Assembly (NCBI RefSeq): GCF_006345805.1
Contig: NC_043006.1
Location: 14,508,001 to 14,572,000 of the forward strand
DNA: 64,000 nt
Source: Octopus sinensis
Taxonomy: Eukaryota
Direction: 5' to 3'
Shown here: piece after piece, positions 12,001 to 27,000 of the stretch
How the letters are laid out: each line of letters opens with the position of its first letter
How positions within the stretch are numbered: position 1 is the stretch's first letter
Translations under genes and position numbers: made by a program
Notes under the pieces: model-generated
What the model was told of the DNA's origin: nothing
The model's input: the letters and a program-made list of their open reading frames with translations, nothing else
Databases searched by the model: none

Positions 12001-15000
12001 AAAAAAAAAAAGGGTGATATATAGTTGATTAGGATAATTATTGGTAAAGGAATGTTATCATATGGGCTGAAGTAATCAAGGCTTGACAACATAGATATTT
12101 AGCTTTTTTTAATTAATGAACATAAGGGTAATTCCCAAAGAACTTTCAACTATGAAATAACTGGGTGTCATGTATACTTCCTTGGTTGTAGTCTCACTTC
12201 ACATATTCTTAGTAAATCTTTCTTTTAGAAATTTCTTGCCACGGTGTACTTGAAATGATTTTTTTCTTTTAATATTTAACATGAAATGTGGTGAGCCGGC
12301 AGAAATGTTACCATATCAGGCGAAATGCTTAGCAGTATTTCGTCCATACATTCTGAGTTCAAATTCCACCAATTTAATCAACTGGCCCTCTCCCCCAAAA
12401 TTTCAGGCCTTGTGCCTAAAGTAGAAAAGAATATTTAACATAAGTCAGAATTTAGTCCTAGTCCAAATCATTTCTTCCACTGGACTGCCACTTTCTCTTT
12501 GGCAGTTGTTTGTTTCAGCTCTGAGAAAATAACTTCGGAGTAGCGGTTCCCTATACTTCCAGTTGATCAATCAACTAATTGATAAGTTTGAACCCTGAAT
12601 ACACCTAATCCATATCTGAAACAGCTGTAAGCCTATAATAAATAGATAAACGTATTTAACCCATTGCTTTTGTCTATTTATAATATATATATATATAGTG
12701 TGGTTAGGGAGCTTGCTTCCTAGCCACATGGTTTCGGGTTCAGTCCCACTGCGTGGCACTTTGGGTAGGTGTCTTCCACTATAGCCCCGAGCCGACCGGA
12801 GCTTTGTGATTGAATTCGGTAGGTGGAAGTTACTGCCGTGTGTGTATGTGTGCGTATAGCTGCTCAGTGCCTCTCCGAAAGAGAGAGAGGGATATCATCA
12901 TCACCATCATCGTTTAACGTCTGCTTTCCATGCTAGCATGGGTTGGACTGTTTGACTGAGGCTGACGAACCAGATGGCTGCACCAGACTCCAATCTGATC
13001 TGGCAGAGTTTCTACAGCCGGATGCCCTTCCTAATGCCAACCACTCCAAGAGTGTAGTGGGTACTTTTTACGTGACACCAACATGAGGGCCAGTCAGGTG
13101 GTACTGGCATCGACCACACTCATATAGTGCATTTATATGCCACCGCTACAGGTGCCAGTCAGGCGTCACTGGCAATGACAACGCTTGAATGATGTTTTTT
13201 AAATGCCACCAGCACAAGAGCCAGTTGGGCGATGCTGGCAACAATGACACTTGAATGGTGCTTTTTATGTGCCACCAGCACGGGATCCAGTCAGACACCA
13301 CTGGCAACGATCATGCTCAAATGGTGCTTTTAATATGCCACTGGCATGGTTGCCAATCAGGCAGTACTGTCATCGGCCACAACGATTTCACTTGCCTCAA
13401 CAGGTCTTAGTAAGTGCAGTTTATTGCCCAATGATTGAAAGGTACTCTTAAATGGGCTGGTTATGCTGCACTGGTATATATATATATATATATATAGAAA
13501 CTGAAAGCACATGGCTTAGTGGTCAGGATATTTGGCTTGTAATCATAAGGTCGTGAATTCGAAAATTGGCAGTGCATTGTGTTCCTCAGCAAGACACTCT
13601 ATTTCACGTTGCTCCAGGCCACTCCGCTAGCAAAAATGAGTAGTTGACCACAGGTGGATTTGAATTCAAACCATAAGGGACTTTTGATTAAGTCTGCAAG
13701 GCATATTTTGTCTGGCATTCCAATTATTCTACCAAGTTCTGTTGTGATTCAGTGTTACTGAGGACAGCCTGTTGTAGACACTTTATTAACTGATATGGAT
13801 TAATTAAACAGTGAAGTAAGTGCTGTCGTCTATATTGCTGTAGGCATGACAACTTTAATTAATCAAGACACCTGTACAGTGGCAAGTCAAATCTTGTTAA
13901 ACAATGAGTAACTAAACCAGAGGTAAGGGAGGCAACTCAAAATCCAAACAGCTTCTGTACTAAACGCTTAAATAGGTACTGAAAATAGGTACTTTTTGTG
14001 CGGGATGAGAGGAAGGAACTTGATCTTTAGCAGAAATGATGACAACTCCAGAATTTCGGTTTTATTAGACCTCATCCGTTAGAGCATGGTCCTTTTTAGA
14101 TGGACTAGATTAATGGCAATAGAGAAATATTTATGAATACAGGTACATCAACATCAAATGAAAATTGTAGCTGTGATACCTGTGCCAGTGGCATGTAAAA
14201 AGCACCATCTGAACGTGGCCGATGCCAGCGCAGCCTTCACTGGCTTCTGTGCTGGTGGCACGTAAAAAGCACCAACCGATCGTGGCCGCTGCCAGTCTCC
14301 CCTGGCACCTGTGCCAGTGGCACGTAAAAAGCACCCACTACACTCACGGAGTGGTTGGCGTTAGGAAGGGCATCCAGCTGTAGAAACACTGCCAGATCAG
14401 ACTGGAGCCTGGTGCAGCCTCCCGGCTTCCCAGACCCCGCTGAAACCGTCCAACCCATGCTAGCATGGAAAACGGACGTTAAACGATGATGATGATGATA
14501 GATGAATATATGCTGATGTGACAAAACAATATAGAGATCAAAGATAATATTCCAAAGGACATCATACCAATGGAAAATAGAAAAGCAAGTGTTAATATAA
14601 GTAATATAGTAAGCACCATAGCTTTCTCCTTCTTTCAACCACAACCAAGATATATTTCATTGTGCTATGCCAGGGATTGTGTATTCCTCATTCACTTTGA
14701 TAAATCCTCAGCTTCATATCATCATCATCGTTTAACGTCCACTTTCCATGCGATTTTGACTGAGGCTGGCGAACCAGATGGCTGCACCAGGCTCCAATCT
14801 TGATCTGGCAGAGTTTCTACAGCTGGACGCCCTTCCTAATGCCAACCACTCCGAGAGTGTAGTGAGTGGGTGCTTTTAAAGTGCCAGTCATGCAATACTG
14901 GCAATGACCTCGCTCGAATCTTTTTACACATGCCACCAGCACAGGTGCCAGTAAGGCGATACTGGAAACGATCATGCTCGAATGGTGTCTTTTACGTGCC

Positions 15001-15819
15001 AGCTGCACAGAGGCCAGATAGCCACTCTGGCAACGTTCACGCTCGGATGGTGCTCTTAATACCCTCGATATAGTTAGTTTTTGTCTTCTATTAGGTCACA
15101 GAAATCTTCAAAATATAACATCTGATATTGCCTGTTGTTCAACATGGTAGAAGCAGACAGTAAAGCCTGGCCTGCATTGAGCATTATTTGTAGAGGAGGA
15201 TGGATAACTTTATTTAACAAATAAGTTGATGGTGGAGGCAGTTTGGATCTGCAGAATACAGTTCTCTGGTGTCAGCAACATCTACCTCATGTACATACAT
15301 ACTTCATATATATATATATCACCTTCAATCTCATAGTATGCAGGATAAAATCAAAGAAATAAGAATTAACCCTTTCATTACTGTATTTATTTTGAGATGC
15401 TCTGTGTTTCTTTCAATTATTTTAAGTTTAACAAAGAATTTAGTAAAATAACTTAGTTATCATTAAGCTAGTGTTAGGAATATTAATTGCGACTAAGGTT
15501 TGGTAGAATATTTTAATTCAAAACTTATGAAAACAAGACATTTTACCACAGAGCCAGTTTTGGCCGGGTTAGTAACAAAAGGGTTAAAGATACAGTGCAC
15601 ACAGCATAGATACAAAATTTCCTTCACTGGATGTGTTAACACAAAAACAGTGTTTACCTAACATTGGATGGTGAGGTGGAATTGTTTAGAAACCTCATTA
15701 CAATAGAAATCTTGTGTTTCAATCTTTTCTAATCTAAGGCATGCAATAGCTTTAGATGAGAAGGAGTAAATTACAGGACTTTGTGATGAATCTATGCTGC
15801 ATAAAATGATTGAACAAAG

Positions 15820-16250
15820 ATACTGGCAGCTGACTTGGCAGACACCCATAAAATAAAATTATTAACCATCTTACAAGCAATAACTCTGAGCACCTTTTCA
15901 AACTCCACCCATCTAACACCCGTGGACATATTTACAAAGTCAGAAAACAGCACAGCTCCCATGACTTCAGGAAACATTTTTTCATGCTAAGAGTTGCTGA
16001 AGCGTGGAACAAACTGCTGGCATCAGTTGTTAGTTGTCAGAGCACTGAATCCTTCAAAACTTCCATGCTTTCTGAGATTCGCCAACACTACACCTGATTT
16101 TCTCCCCTCCATACGCACGCAAGCATGTATCTGACTCATACACTGTTCACTTTCTAGACATTTGTACATTACTGCATATGCTTTATATGCACTTTTTGAC
16201 AAGTTGTGGTGCACCTGAGCACTGTATACAATAATTTCATTATTATTATT
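15820..16250 (+). mobile_element. CR1-clade LINE 3' fragment (same family as 8492)
   Basis: Shared ...gtggaacaaactgc...gcacctgagcactgtatacaataatttcattattatt end. Confidence 0.8.
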
Positions 16251-18182
16251 TCTGTGGAGATTGAATACACAAAAGTGAAGTAGAAAAATCTTTCCACTAC
16301 AGATTTTGTCCGATCCATGCAAGGACAGGAAAAATGGACATTAAAACGATGACAATGTTGTGTTAGCAGAGTTTCTGTAGTTAACTTAAAGCTGTTGCTG
16401 TTTAGCCCCAGGCTAAATGAGCAAAGGCATTGCACATGACCAGCCTATATTTAAGGTTGTCTTGAACTGCATTACCAATTGTACGATTCTATTTTAACTT
16501 AGGAGATTTCAAACAGCAATATATCCCCACGACCCATGTTTTCACAGAAGGCTAGAAGTGAACCACAGAGCTTGTGACAGTGGCTCTCATTTACAACTAT
16601 TATGCAATGTCATGAACACACACACACATACAGAGTCTGTAGTTAAGACACCTGTACCGGTGACATGTAAAAAGCACCATCCGAATGTGGCAGATGCCAG
16701 TGCCGCCTGTCTGGCGTCCGTGTCAGTGACACGTAAAAATACCAACCGATCGTGGCCATTTGCCAGCCTCCTCTGGGCACGTAAAAGCCACCCACTACAC
16801 TCACGGAGTGGTTGGTGTTAGGAAGGGCATCCAGCTGTAGAAACACTGCCAAACCAGACTGGAGCCCGGTGCAGCCTCCTGGCTTCCCAGACCCCGGTCG
16901 AACCGTCCAACCCATGCTAGCATGGAAAGCGGACGTTAAACGATGATGATGATGATGACATCAAGAAAGGAAAAATCTGTATATTTTAATTCAGTGTTAT
17001 GGCAATTTGATAAAACATCAAAAGAGGTATCTATATTTATAGAGGTACGAGCAAAACGCCCCCTGTCCAATGGACAGTGCTTAGTTGTCAAACATTTAAA
17101 CCAAATTTTCTCAAAACAACTTGTCCGACTGTCCCATAGGCCTCCCCTTTGAGAAACACTAATTCAACCTAAATTTGAAACACCAGCAAAAGACGGATTT
17201 CGACTGATGTACTTGCGCGTACAAATGCACGTTCCCATGGCTTTATCGATCACATTCTCACCTGGAATCGGTTTTTGTAATTTTTTCAAGACTCATACAT
17301 GCCCTGATACCGTCGGTATCTACATATCAAATTTGAGCGCGATCGGATGGAGGATGCCCAAGATCCTAGAAGACACACACACAGATGGACAGAACGGATT
17401 TTATATAATAGATTTATACAAATTAAATATTTATACAGATTTTTCCTTTCCTGAAGTGTGTATACAATTTTTTGGCAGATTCTGCGCATGACAAGCTTCT
17501 TTCAGTTTCATATTCACACATAGGGCATTAGCTAACCCTTTGCCTAAAATGCGATGGGACCGAACATGAAATTACAAAGCCATGCTTTTGCTTATCATAC
17601 TCCCTAGAAGCCAATATCTGAAGATTAGAATTAACATAGCCCAAATGCATCATCATCATCGTTTAGTGTCCGCTTTCCATGCTAGCATGGGTTGGACGAT
17701 TTTGACTGTGGGCTGGTGAACCAGATGGCTGCACCAGGCTCCAATCTTGATTTGGCAGAGTTTCTACAGTTGGATGCCCTTCCTAACGCCAACCACTCCG
17801 AGAGTGTAGTGGGTGCTTTTTACATGCCAACGGCACGGGGGCCAGTCAGGCAGTACTGGCAACGACCTTAATCTTTCAAACATCTATTAAACCACAGGCA
17901 AGAGCAGTCATGGTTTTTTCAGCTCCTTACTTCTCACAACTGCATCCCTTGCTAAAGTATTGTGTAGTCAGTCAACAACTTCATTGATTACTAAAGGCTG
18001 AAACTTCTGCAAGCCACAGACAGGAAACCTCTCATAGTAGTAGCTGGGGTATCATACAATTCTGATAAGGAAGTATCATCACTTCTGTAGCTTCAAGTAC
18101 ATTGGAGGTATAGAATAGGCAGGAATAGTCGGTATTCTTGGGTTCTTTGTTGATGTCTTCATTGATCTCCAATATTATATTA

Positions 18183-18555
18183 GGCGTAGGAGTGGCTGTG
18201 GTAAGTAGCTTGTTTACCAACCACACAGTTCTGGGTTCAGTCCCACTGCGTGGCACTTTGGGCAAAGTGTCTTCTACTATAGCCTCAGACCGACCAAAGC
18301 CTTGTGAGTGGATTTAGTAGATGGAAACTGAAAGAAGCCCATCGTATATATGTGTGTGTGTCTGTGTTTGTCCTCCCAACATCGCATGACAACCTATGCC
18401 GGTGTGTTTACGTCACCGTAATTTAGCGGTTCGGCAAAAGAGACCAATAGAATAAGTACTAGGCTTACAAAGAATAAGTCCTGGGGTCAATTTGATCGAC
18501 TAAATGCGGTGCTCCAGCATGGCCACAGTCAAATGACTGAAACAAGTAAAAGAGT
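18183..18555 (+). mobile_element. tRNA-derived SINE family A
   Basis: As 6349-6755. Confidence 0.85.
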
Positions 18556-19240
18556 ATCTTGTTTACTTTTATATTTTATCTATTTTTTTTTAGTAGTTGC
18601 TAGGTCATCAACAATTTGACAAACCAACACACTAGCAACACATTATGCTAATTTCAGTTCTTTCCAAGAACTAAAATTTCCTATTTCAACCGTAAAATGG
18701 CATTGTGTTTCCAACATTTACTTTGGTGCAAAATCATGCAAAACTTTTGGTATTTCAATTTTAACTAAATAAATAATTGCAGAAAATGTTTAAAAAAGGA
18801 AGAAGAAATACTTAACTAAAGATTATGGGGAATTTAGAAATTGGTACAAATAAGCCAAGATAACAATAATGCTTCTGATATAGGGACAAGCTTTAAGATG
18901 GCAAGCTGGCTCAATCATTAGCACACTGGGCAAAATGCTTAGTGGCATCTTGTCCAAATTTACATCAGAGTTCAAATTCTGCTAAGGTCAACTTTGCCTT
19001 TTATCCTTTCAGGGTCAATAAAATAAGTACCAGTTGAGCACCTGGATCAATGTAACTGACTTACCTCCTCCCCCAAAATTGCTGGCCTTGTGCCAAAATT
19101 TGAAACCAATATAGGGACAAACCTTCAAAATTAGGAAGAGGGGAAGGTTAGCTGATTAAATCAACCCCTGTTGACAGATACTTTACCAAACTCAGAACAT
19201 AAGAGCCAGAACAAATACCGCAAGGTATTTAATCACAACC

Positions 19241-19720
19241 GGCGATGAGCTAGCAGAAATGTTAGCACACAGGGCAAAATGTGTAGCTGTATTTCGTCTG
19301 CCGCTACATTTAGAGTTCAAATTCCGCCAAGGTTGACTTTGCCTTTTATCCCTTCGGGGTCGATTAAATAAGTACCAGTTACACACTGGTGTCGATATAA
19401 TTGACTTAATCTGTTTGTCTGTCCTTGTTTTTTCTTCTCTGTGTTTAGCCCCTTGTGGGTAGTAAAGAAATAGGTATTTCGTCTGCCATTATGTTCTGAG
19501 TTCAAATTCCGCCGAGGTCGACTTTACCTTTCATCCTTTCGGGGTCGATTAAATAAGTACCAGTTATGCACTGTGGTCGATATAATTGACTTAACCCGTT
19601 TGTCCTCTCTGTGTTTAACCCCTTGAGGGTAGTAAAGAAATTGGTATTTAATCACAAGTCTGTCCTTGTTTGTCCCCTCTATGTTTAGCCCCTTGTGGGT
19701 AATAAAGAAATAGGTATTTA
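19241..19720 (+). mobile_element. SINE family B, partially duplicated in tandem
   Basis: Same structure as 10031-10445. Confidence 0.7.
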
Positions 19721-20080
19721 ATCACAACCGTTTCTAATAAAGGCACAAGGACTGAAATTTGTGGGGTGAAAGCAGCCAATTATTTCGACCATAGTACTTG
19801 ACTGGTACTTTATTTTATTGACAATATATATGCACTCATAAAGAGCCTTAAAAACCTTCAGTTTTATAAATAGCCTAGCATTTTCAGACTTACTTCAAAA
19901 ATGCAGGTTTAAATAAGTCTAATTTCAAAATATTAGCTCACATTAATACTTATGTCTGACATATATTGAAGCTAAAATGCTGAATGAACATAATTTTCTC
20001 TTTCTTGAGAGCAGTGTAGAGATTTTTTTTACCTCCTTTCTTTGTTTTGCTTAAATTTCAATAAAAAGATCTACTAATTA

Positions 20081-20102
20081 TTTATTAAGTGTCTATTTTA
20101 TT
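20081..20102 (-). terminator. Candidate polyadenylation signals of NDUFA7 (two AATAAA on minus strand)
   Basis: tttatt at 20081-20086 and 20097-20102, about 260-280 nt past the stop codon. Confidence 0.5.
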
Positions 20103-20358
20103 ATCTTAGATATTGATAATAGCAATTAATTCAGTATGTACAATATTTCTGCATCACAGAACAAGATGCCTGGCACTCTCTCAGAAGTCAGGAACATAAC
20201 CACAAACATTTACAAACTTGTATTTAATTCTATAAATAACTTGTTTTTTTTTTTCTGATTCTTACACAAGAATTTCTTTTGAATTTTATCAAAGGACTTC
20301 TCAGCCAAGTTGTAGCATGGTCGTGTGTAAGCAACATTATCTAATCAGCTATCAATCT

Positions 20359-20446
20359 TCATTTCGTCTTGTATTCTGATTTCCCTGTAGCCCAATCATA
20401 ACCAAAGCCTGGAATTGGCGGCAGTTTCTTTACTGTTTCTTGAGAC
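20359..20446 (-). CDS. NDUFA7: NDUFA7 coding exon 4 ([28 protein letters not shown])
   Basis: Acceptor tcatttatttacag, TGA at 20359-20361, AATAAA signals downstream on the minus strand. Confidence 0.88.
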
Positions 20447-20777
20447 CTGTAAATAAATGAAAGCAAGACCCACAATGAGAAAAGGATTTAAAAACAAATT
20501 TCTTTCAACCTCATCATCATTTAACATCTATGATTCCATGAATGTGTCGGTCAGACAAAATTTGTAGTGGTAGATTTTTTCAACAGTCCGATACACTTCC
20601 TGTTACCAACCCTCACCTGCTTCCAAATAAGGTAATATTTCCCCCTTGGCTGGACATGGTTCCATAGAAGACTGGAAATTGAAGTGAAAGTGACACTCAC
20701 AAACATCAGATGATGTCAAGTCAAGGAGACAAACATACATCTATATGAGTGAGAGTGTGTGTGTGTATAAATATATA

Positions 20778-20841
<64 letters not shown>

Positions 20842-21049
20842 GATAGATATATTTATATGTATGTGTGTATATATATATTGTATATATATATATATATTTT
20901 CTCTCCTTGTTTTTTTTCTGTGTCCCTTTCTGTAGAAGAGCGTAGGCTCGAAACGTAAAAGACTTTTTCTATTCCTGAGCGTTTTACTAATACATCTGTT
21001 TGTTTTGTACACTACCTGTTTTCGTCTTTTGTTTTTTTTCGTAAACTCT

Positions 21050-21088
<39 letters not shown>

Positions 21089-24000
21089 TATATAAATATA
21101 TACACACACACTACAAGCTTTTAGTCACCTTCTACCAAATTCACTCACAAGACTTCAATAGAAGCATTTGCTCGTGGTGCCATGCAGTAAGACTGAACCT
21201 GAAACCATGTGGATGGGAAGTAAAAGAATACTGCACAAGATTTGTAAAAGGCGATACTGTATTACTTCCACGTGGACAAGAATTGAAATCTCACGATGTA
21301 AAGAAAATAATTAATGCTAATCTGCATCAACAAAGGAATATTTATATAGCTAATAAAAGGTACATAACTCTACTTGTCTTCTGTGACAGCTCTAGCTTCC
21401 TCAGTCAGAGGTTTTCAAACTGACAAATACCAGGCCTTCACCTGTATATTAGTCTATATCAAAATCATTTGTTTGCAATTATCCATGAAAATATGTCCAA
21501 CTATTGTGCTCTTCGCGTTTAAAGCACAAAGAGAAATTATATTTTTCTTGAAAACAGATGAGGGTTGGTAACAGAAGGGCATTTGACCATAGGAAATCTG
21601 CATTAAGAAACTCATGCAAGAGTGGAAAAGCAGACGTTAAAACGATATATATATATATATATGGTGTAAAGCACAACTAGAGAAATCAACCACCATTTAC
21701 ATCAGCTTGCACAAAATTCTCCTTTACAGTAGTTGAAAAATGCTTAAAAAAGTTGGTATCATCTTCTTAGTCTTTACTGTGTTCTTTTGCTTACTTCTTG
21801 ATATGTTTGGCTAGAAAATCCTAATATTCTAAGAATTGTCTCCATGTTGGAATTTGCATTCATAACACAATATATAAATCTTTAGGTAAATATATTCAAT
21901 AAGAATATTATATACTGAATTTATATTGAGTGCTCCATTGTATAAAAATATTAATACTATTAAAGTATTTATATATTTAATACGAGCGATATATACATAT
22001 ATTTTTTAATATATTATTATTATTATTAATATAAGGAAATCAATATCGAACTCATCATAAAGTTATACCCGTGTGAAAGACCTTATTGTATTAAAAATAT
22101 AAATATAATGTATAAGATAAATTTGATAGTTTAAAAGTTTTGAATTAATTTTTTAAGCATCTTACGATCGTTTCACAGAAGAGTTGTCCCTATGATGAAA
22201 TCCTATATTGATAAGCATTTATAGACAACCCTTCTGCTCATAACACAATGCAAAATGCAATACATATTCACCGTTCCCTATCAAGATACAATTCAAATAA
22301 GCACTTACATGTTTTACACATCATCATCGTTTAACGTCCTTTTTCCATGCTAGCATGGGTTGCACGGTTCGACCGGGGATCTGGGAAGCCAGGAGGCTGC
22401 ACCAGGCTCCGGTCTTATCTGGCAATGTTTCTACAGCTGGATGCCCTTCCTAATGCCAACCAGTCCATGAGTGTAGTGGGTGCTTTTTATGTGCCACCGG
22501 CACGGAAGCCAGTCGAGGCGGCACTGGCTTCGGCCACGATTCGGATGGTGCTTTTTACGTGCCACTGACATGGTATACTTTACACAGTCTAAAGTATACT
22601 GCAAACACTTACACGACACCACTAACAGTATTTACACTAAATCAGTGACATCACAAAACATATATAAAAGACTTACTCAGCAGTTTCTCCTGCAGCAAGA
22701 GCTGGTGCTGGGCTGTAAGCTATTGCTGGCGGCAAAACCTCTCGACGAGCATCTCGAGTGTAATAATAGTTACCAGAAAGTTTATGATGAGGACCTACAG
22801 GTAAGCTCGGAGGTGGTTGAGTTCTGAAGTGAGAAAGAGACAGAAGAAACGTAGGTAGTTCAAAATAAAAATACTTTCACAGAATCAATAATAAAATATT
22901 ACGGAGATGTACTTGCATAGCGAGTGACCTGATCTGAGATCGTGTGCTGGAACGAAAACAATTGCAGCGTGGAAGGTGTTTCTAAACCATTTAAGAAACA
23001 CACAAAAACTGTTAGATTCACTTCATCATCATCATCATCATCATCATTATTTAGCGACCGCTTTCCATGCTAGCATGGGTTGGATGGTTCAACTGGGATC
23101 TGTGAAGCCAGAAGGCTGCATTAGGCCCAGTCTGATCTGGCAGTGTTTCTACGGCTGGATGCCCTTCCTAACGCCAACCACTCCGTGAGTGTAGTGGGTG
23201 CTTTTTATGTGCCACCCGCACAGGTGCCAGATGGAGCTGGCAAACGGCCACGGACGGATGGTGCTTTTTACGTGCCAAAGGCACAGGGGCCAGGCTAGGC
23301 TGGCAACGGCCACGAACGTCAAAATATTTTCGTCACTTTGAGTAGTGATAGTGCCACAAAAACAAAAAACACTCAGTACATTTTGTACAGTGATTGGCAT
23401 TAGGAAGGGAATCCAGCTATAGAAACTGTGCCAAAGAAGATATTGTGTGCATATAAGTGGCTAAGATTGCAACATTCCTCTTAGAACCGGATGGTCTGTT
23501 GCAGAGTCAACTTCCCAACTATTGCTGGAACTCATTTATAGATGAACTAGCACTATGACCAGGCAACGCCAGGTCATAGTGCTAGTGCATGCATATACAG
23601 CTGCGTGCGTGCACACATACATGCGAGTACTGTCCAAATCTCTAACCAGTCACATACAGCTAGTTGGCATTCAATTGGCGTATCAAGTTTCGAGCATTTT
23701 GATTGGGTTTTGGATAGAAAATTCACAAAAGAGTCACTTCTATTGATTTTTTTAATGGCTTTGCGGGGTGACTGGGGAAATGTAAAGATGTGCACGACCA
23801 CCCTTGGACGGTTTTGAATGACCATAGAAAGTACGAGCCCTCTAACTGAAAAGTTGTGGATTTGTATAAAAGACACACACACACACACACAGACAGACAT
23901 TTTGCAGTTTATATATATAGATATGAAGTGATGTAAAATGAAGTGTTTTGCTCAAAAATACAATACACAGTCCAGCCAGGGAATTGAAACCACAGTCTTA

Positions 24001-27000
24001 CAATTCTGAGTGAAACACCTTAACCACTGAGACACACAACTTCATGATGCCTGATTACTGAGCTAAATCTCTTCAACCCTTTTTGCTGCTGCGTTTCTGT
24101 TAAAATAAATCGTTTTTGTTTCAGTTAATTTTGAAAATAATGAAGGATTAAGTAAAATAATTTTATCCTTCAAGTACGTTAACACCAACATCAAAATGAA
24201 AATCAAATGGAAATTGTAATTAAGAAACCCATGCCGGTGACACGTTAAAAGCACCATCCAAACGTGGCAGTTGCAAGCGCCGCTTGACTGGCGTCCGTGT
24301 CGGTGACACGTAAAAGCACCAACCGATCGTGGCCGTTTGCCAGCCTCCTCTGGCCCCTGTGCCGGTGACACGTAAAAAGCACCCACTACACTTAGAGAGT
24401 GGTTGGTGTTAGGAAGGGCATCAAGCTGTAGAAACATTGCCAGATCAGACTGGAGCCTGGTGCAGCCTCCTGGCTTCCCAGACCCCGGTCTAGCATGGAA
24501 AACGGATGTTAAACGATGATGATGATAAGCAGGTATTTGGAACATGAATCAACATGAAGTTTTGATGAAAGGTTTTAATTTAAATCACTTTAAAGCAAGA
24601 AGTTTGTAGCACCGGACCAAGGGCATCCTAAGTGGATTAGTATCAAAGAGATAATTAAGATGAAAAATATGGATAAGTGTTACTACTACTTGTTACTACT
24701 ACTTCTGAAAAACCTAAACCTTGCGTATAATACACACCCCTTTTCTAACTTGAGTCGTGCGTAATTAAGCCAGCAGGACCTAGTTGAACAAACACTTCCG
24801 CACATGCGTAATACAATAATGGTGATGTTCTTAACTGTTATATGGGAATGTAAATATGTTTGCAAATTATTTTTTTTTACATGTTATTCTGTGTTCTGAA
24901 TACTTTTATTTTAATAAATGTTGCTTACTGCAAGTTATGGATGATTCTTTTATGCCTTCATTGCTGTCAGGCTTACATTAAGGTATTTTCGCGCCCAACA
25001 TCACAAAATGCGTCTGAATAAACATTGCCATACAGCAAATAGAGACTCGGACATTGCTTAGAAAATATTTTTCATTTTTAACCTTGTATATAGTACGCAC
25101 TAGGGATTTTGACCTTTAAATTTTGGGGAAAAAATGCGTATTATACTCGAGGATTTACGGTATACTAGAATAACCAACATGAAAGGAAAGACAAATCTAA
25201 GGGAGATAATCGATTGTAACAGAGTACACGTTCAACATTCATAACAGAAAATAATTGCACAGAATGGCAAAATGTATCCTCCAGTTGCTAGTAGTAGTTT
25301 AGTTAGGTCAACTATATCTTTATTTGCAGGGTCCAATATAGTGCAGGTAAAGTATTAGGTTAGATTCTTCTTTCTCTCTCTCCTTTTTCGGAAGAAATTG
25401 GCAGTGTTCAGGCCTGGAGAGATATGGGCTGTCAGGTTTACAATGCCTATGACACACTATATAAGACAACCGCGTATCTGCAACACTATGAAGAGTTGGG
25501 GATCCAAAGAAAGAAGTAGATGAGTCAGATTGTGAAAAATCTAATTGGCAACAGTTACTGTCAACATTTAAAAAAAAAAAAAAAAATTCTGCCCACAGTA
25601 CAACACAATGGGATCAAACTCTAAAAAAATATAATAACAAAGTAAATTTTTTAACCTCATGGCCAAGCCTGTGCCTATATATTATACGATGGTATTCCTT
25701 CGATATAACTCGACAAAATCAAAACAGTTCACTTCGGGTATTTCCGTGGGTTGTAGAATATAGATATAACAAAATTATGCCTGCAATGTCTCATTTAAGC
25801 TTGAAGAAAAAAAAAAAAAGTATCATCCGAACGTTGCCGTTGCCAGCGCCGCCTTGGTTGGCTTCTGTGCCGGTGGCACGTTAAAAGCTCCAACCGATCG
25901 TGGCCGATGCTGGACCCCCCCTGGCACCTGTGCAGGTGGCACGTAAAAAGCACCCACTACACTCATGGAGTGGTTGGCGTTAGGAAGAGCATCCAGCTGT
26001 AGAAACTCTGCCAGATCAGACTGGAGCCTGGTGCAGCCCCTGGCTTCCCAGACCCCGGTCGAACCGTCCAACTCGTGCTAGCATGGAAAACGGACGTTAA
26101 ACGATGATGATGATGATGATTTGTTCTTACCTGCTTCATGTGTCTATGTAAAAGTCTGAAAATTTCCAAGTAGGAAACAGAATCGGACTGTCCTTTGCTT
26201 CCACAGAAATACCCAAAGAGAAAAGTTTTGATTTTGTTGAGTTATACCGAAGGAATACCTTTTATGATAATGTGCATTTCAATATCTGTGTCCAAAACAT
26301 TATCTTTAGCATGGAAAAAATGTCACAGAAAATACTGTGAAATGTTCTGGAAACCTGATCTATTGATCTGTCAGTCTGTCTGTGTCATCATCATCGTTTA
26401 ACGTCCGCTTTCCATGCTGGCATGGGTTGGACGGTTTGACTGAGGGCTGGCACGCTAGAAGGCTGCACCAGGCTCCAGTCTGATCTGGCAAAGTTTCTAC
26501 AGCTGGATGCCCTTCCTAACGTGTGTGTGTATGTGTATATATCATCATCGTTTACTGTCCATTTTCCATGCTGGAGTGTGTATGTATGTATGTTTGTTTG
26601 TTTGTATCCTTGTCTTGATATCACATAACTGTGATTGTCACTATCATACAAGTGTCACCTTTACTGCCAATCTTCTGTGTAAATATATCTCATCACGGAG
26701 AAATACTAAGTTGCTTGGAAACGGGCAAGGGTTGGTGACAGGAAGAGCATCCAGTGAAAGAAAATTAGCCTCAATGGATTCTATCTGACCCACGCAAGTA
26801 GGGAAATGTGAACATTAAAATGATGATGACATGCAATCAAATCTATTTGTATTAAAATATACCGACAAACATATTCATTCTTAATCCTTTCAGGCAGATT
26901 CAAACATAAATATGCTAATCATCATTGTATTTTGTCTTCTTCAGACAAATTCATTAGGGTAAGGGGACTTTGGGACTTCCTGTGTTTCAACCTTGTTTTG

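Noticed and set aside
17880-18175. Possible host exon or RT-domain fragment on the minus strand
   Set aside because: Multiple stops and no clear splice sites or recognisable motif. At best a very old LINE remnant.
22480-22827. 115-aa plus-strand ORF
   Set aside because: Antisense shadow of NDUFA7 exon 3 fused to a repeat.
25330-25346. 17-nt plus-strand microexon (tttatttgcag...gtaaag) antisense in NDUFA7 intron 2
   Set aside because: No partner exons were found, and such site pairs occur by chance in AT-rich introns.
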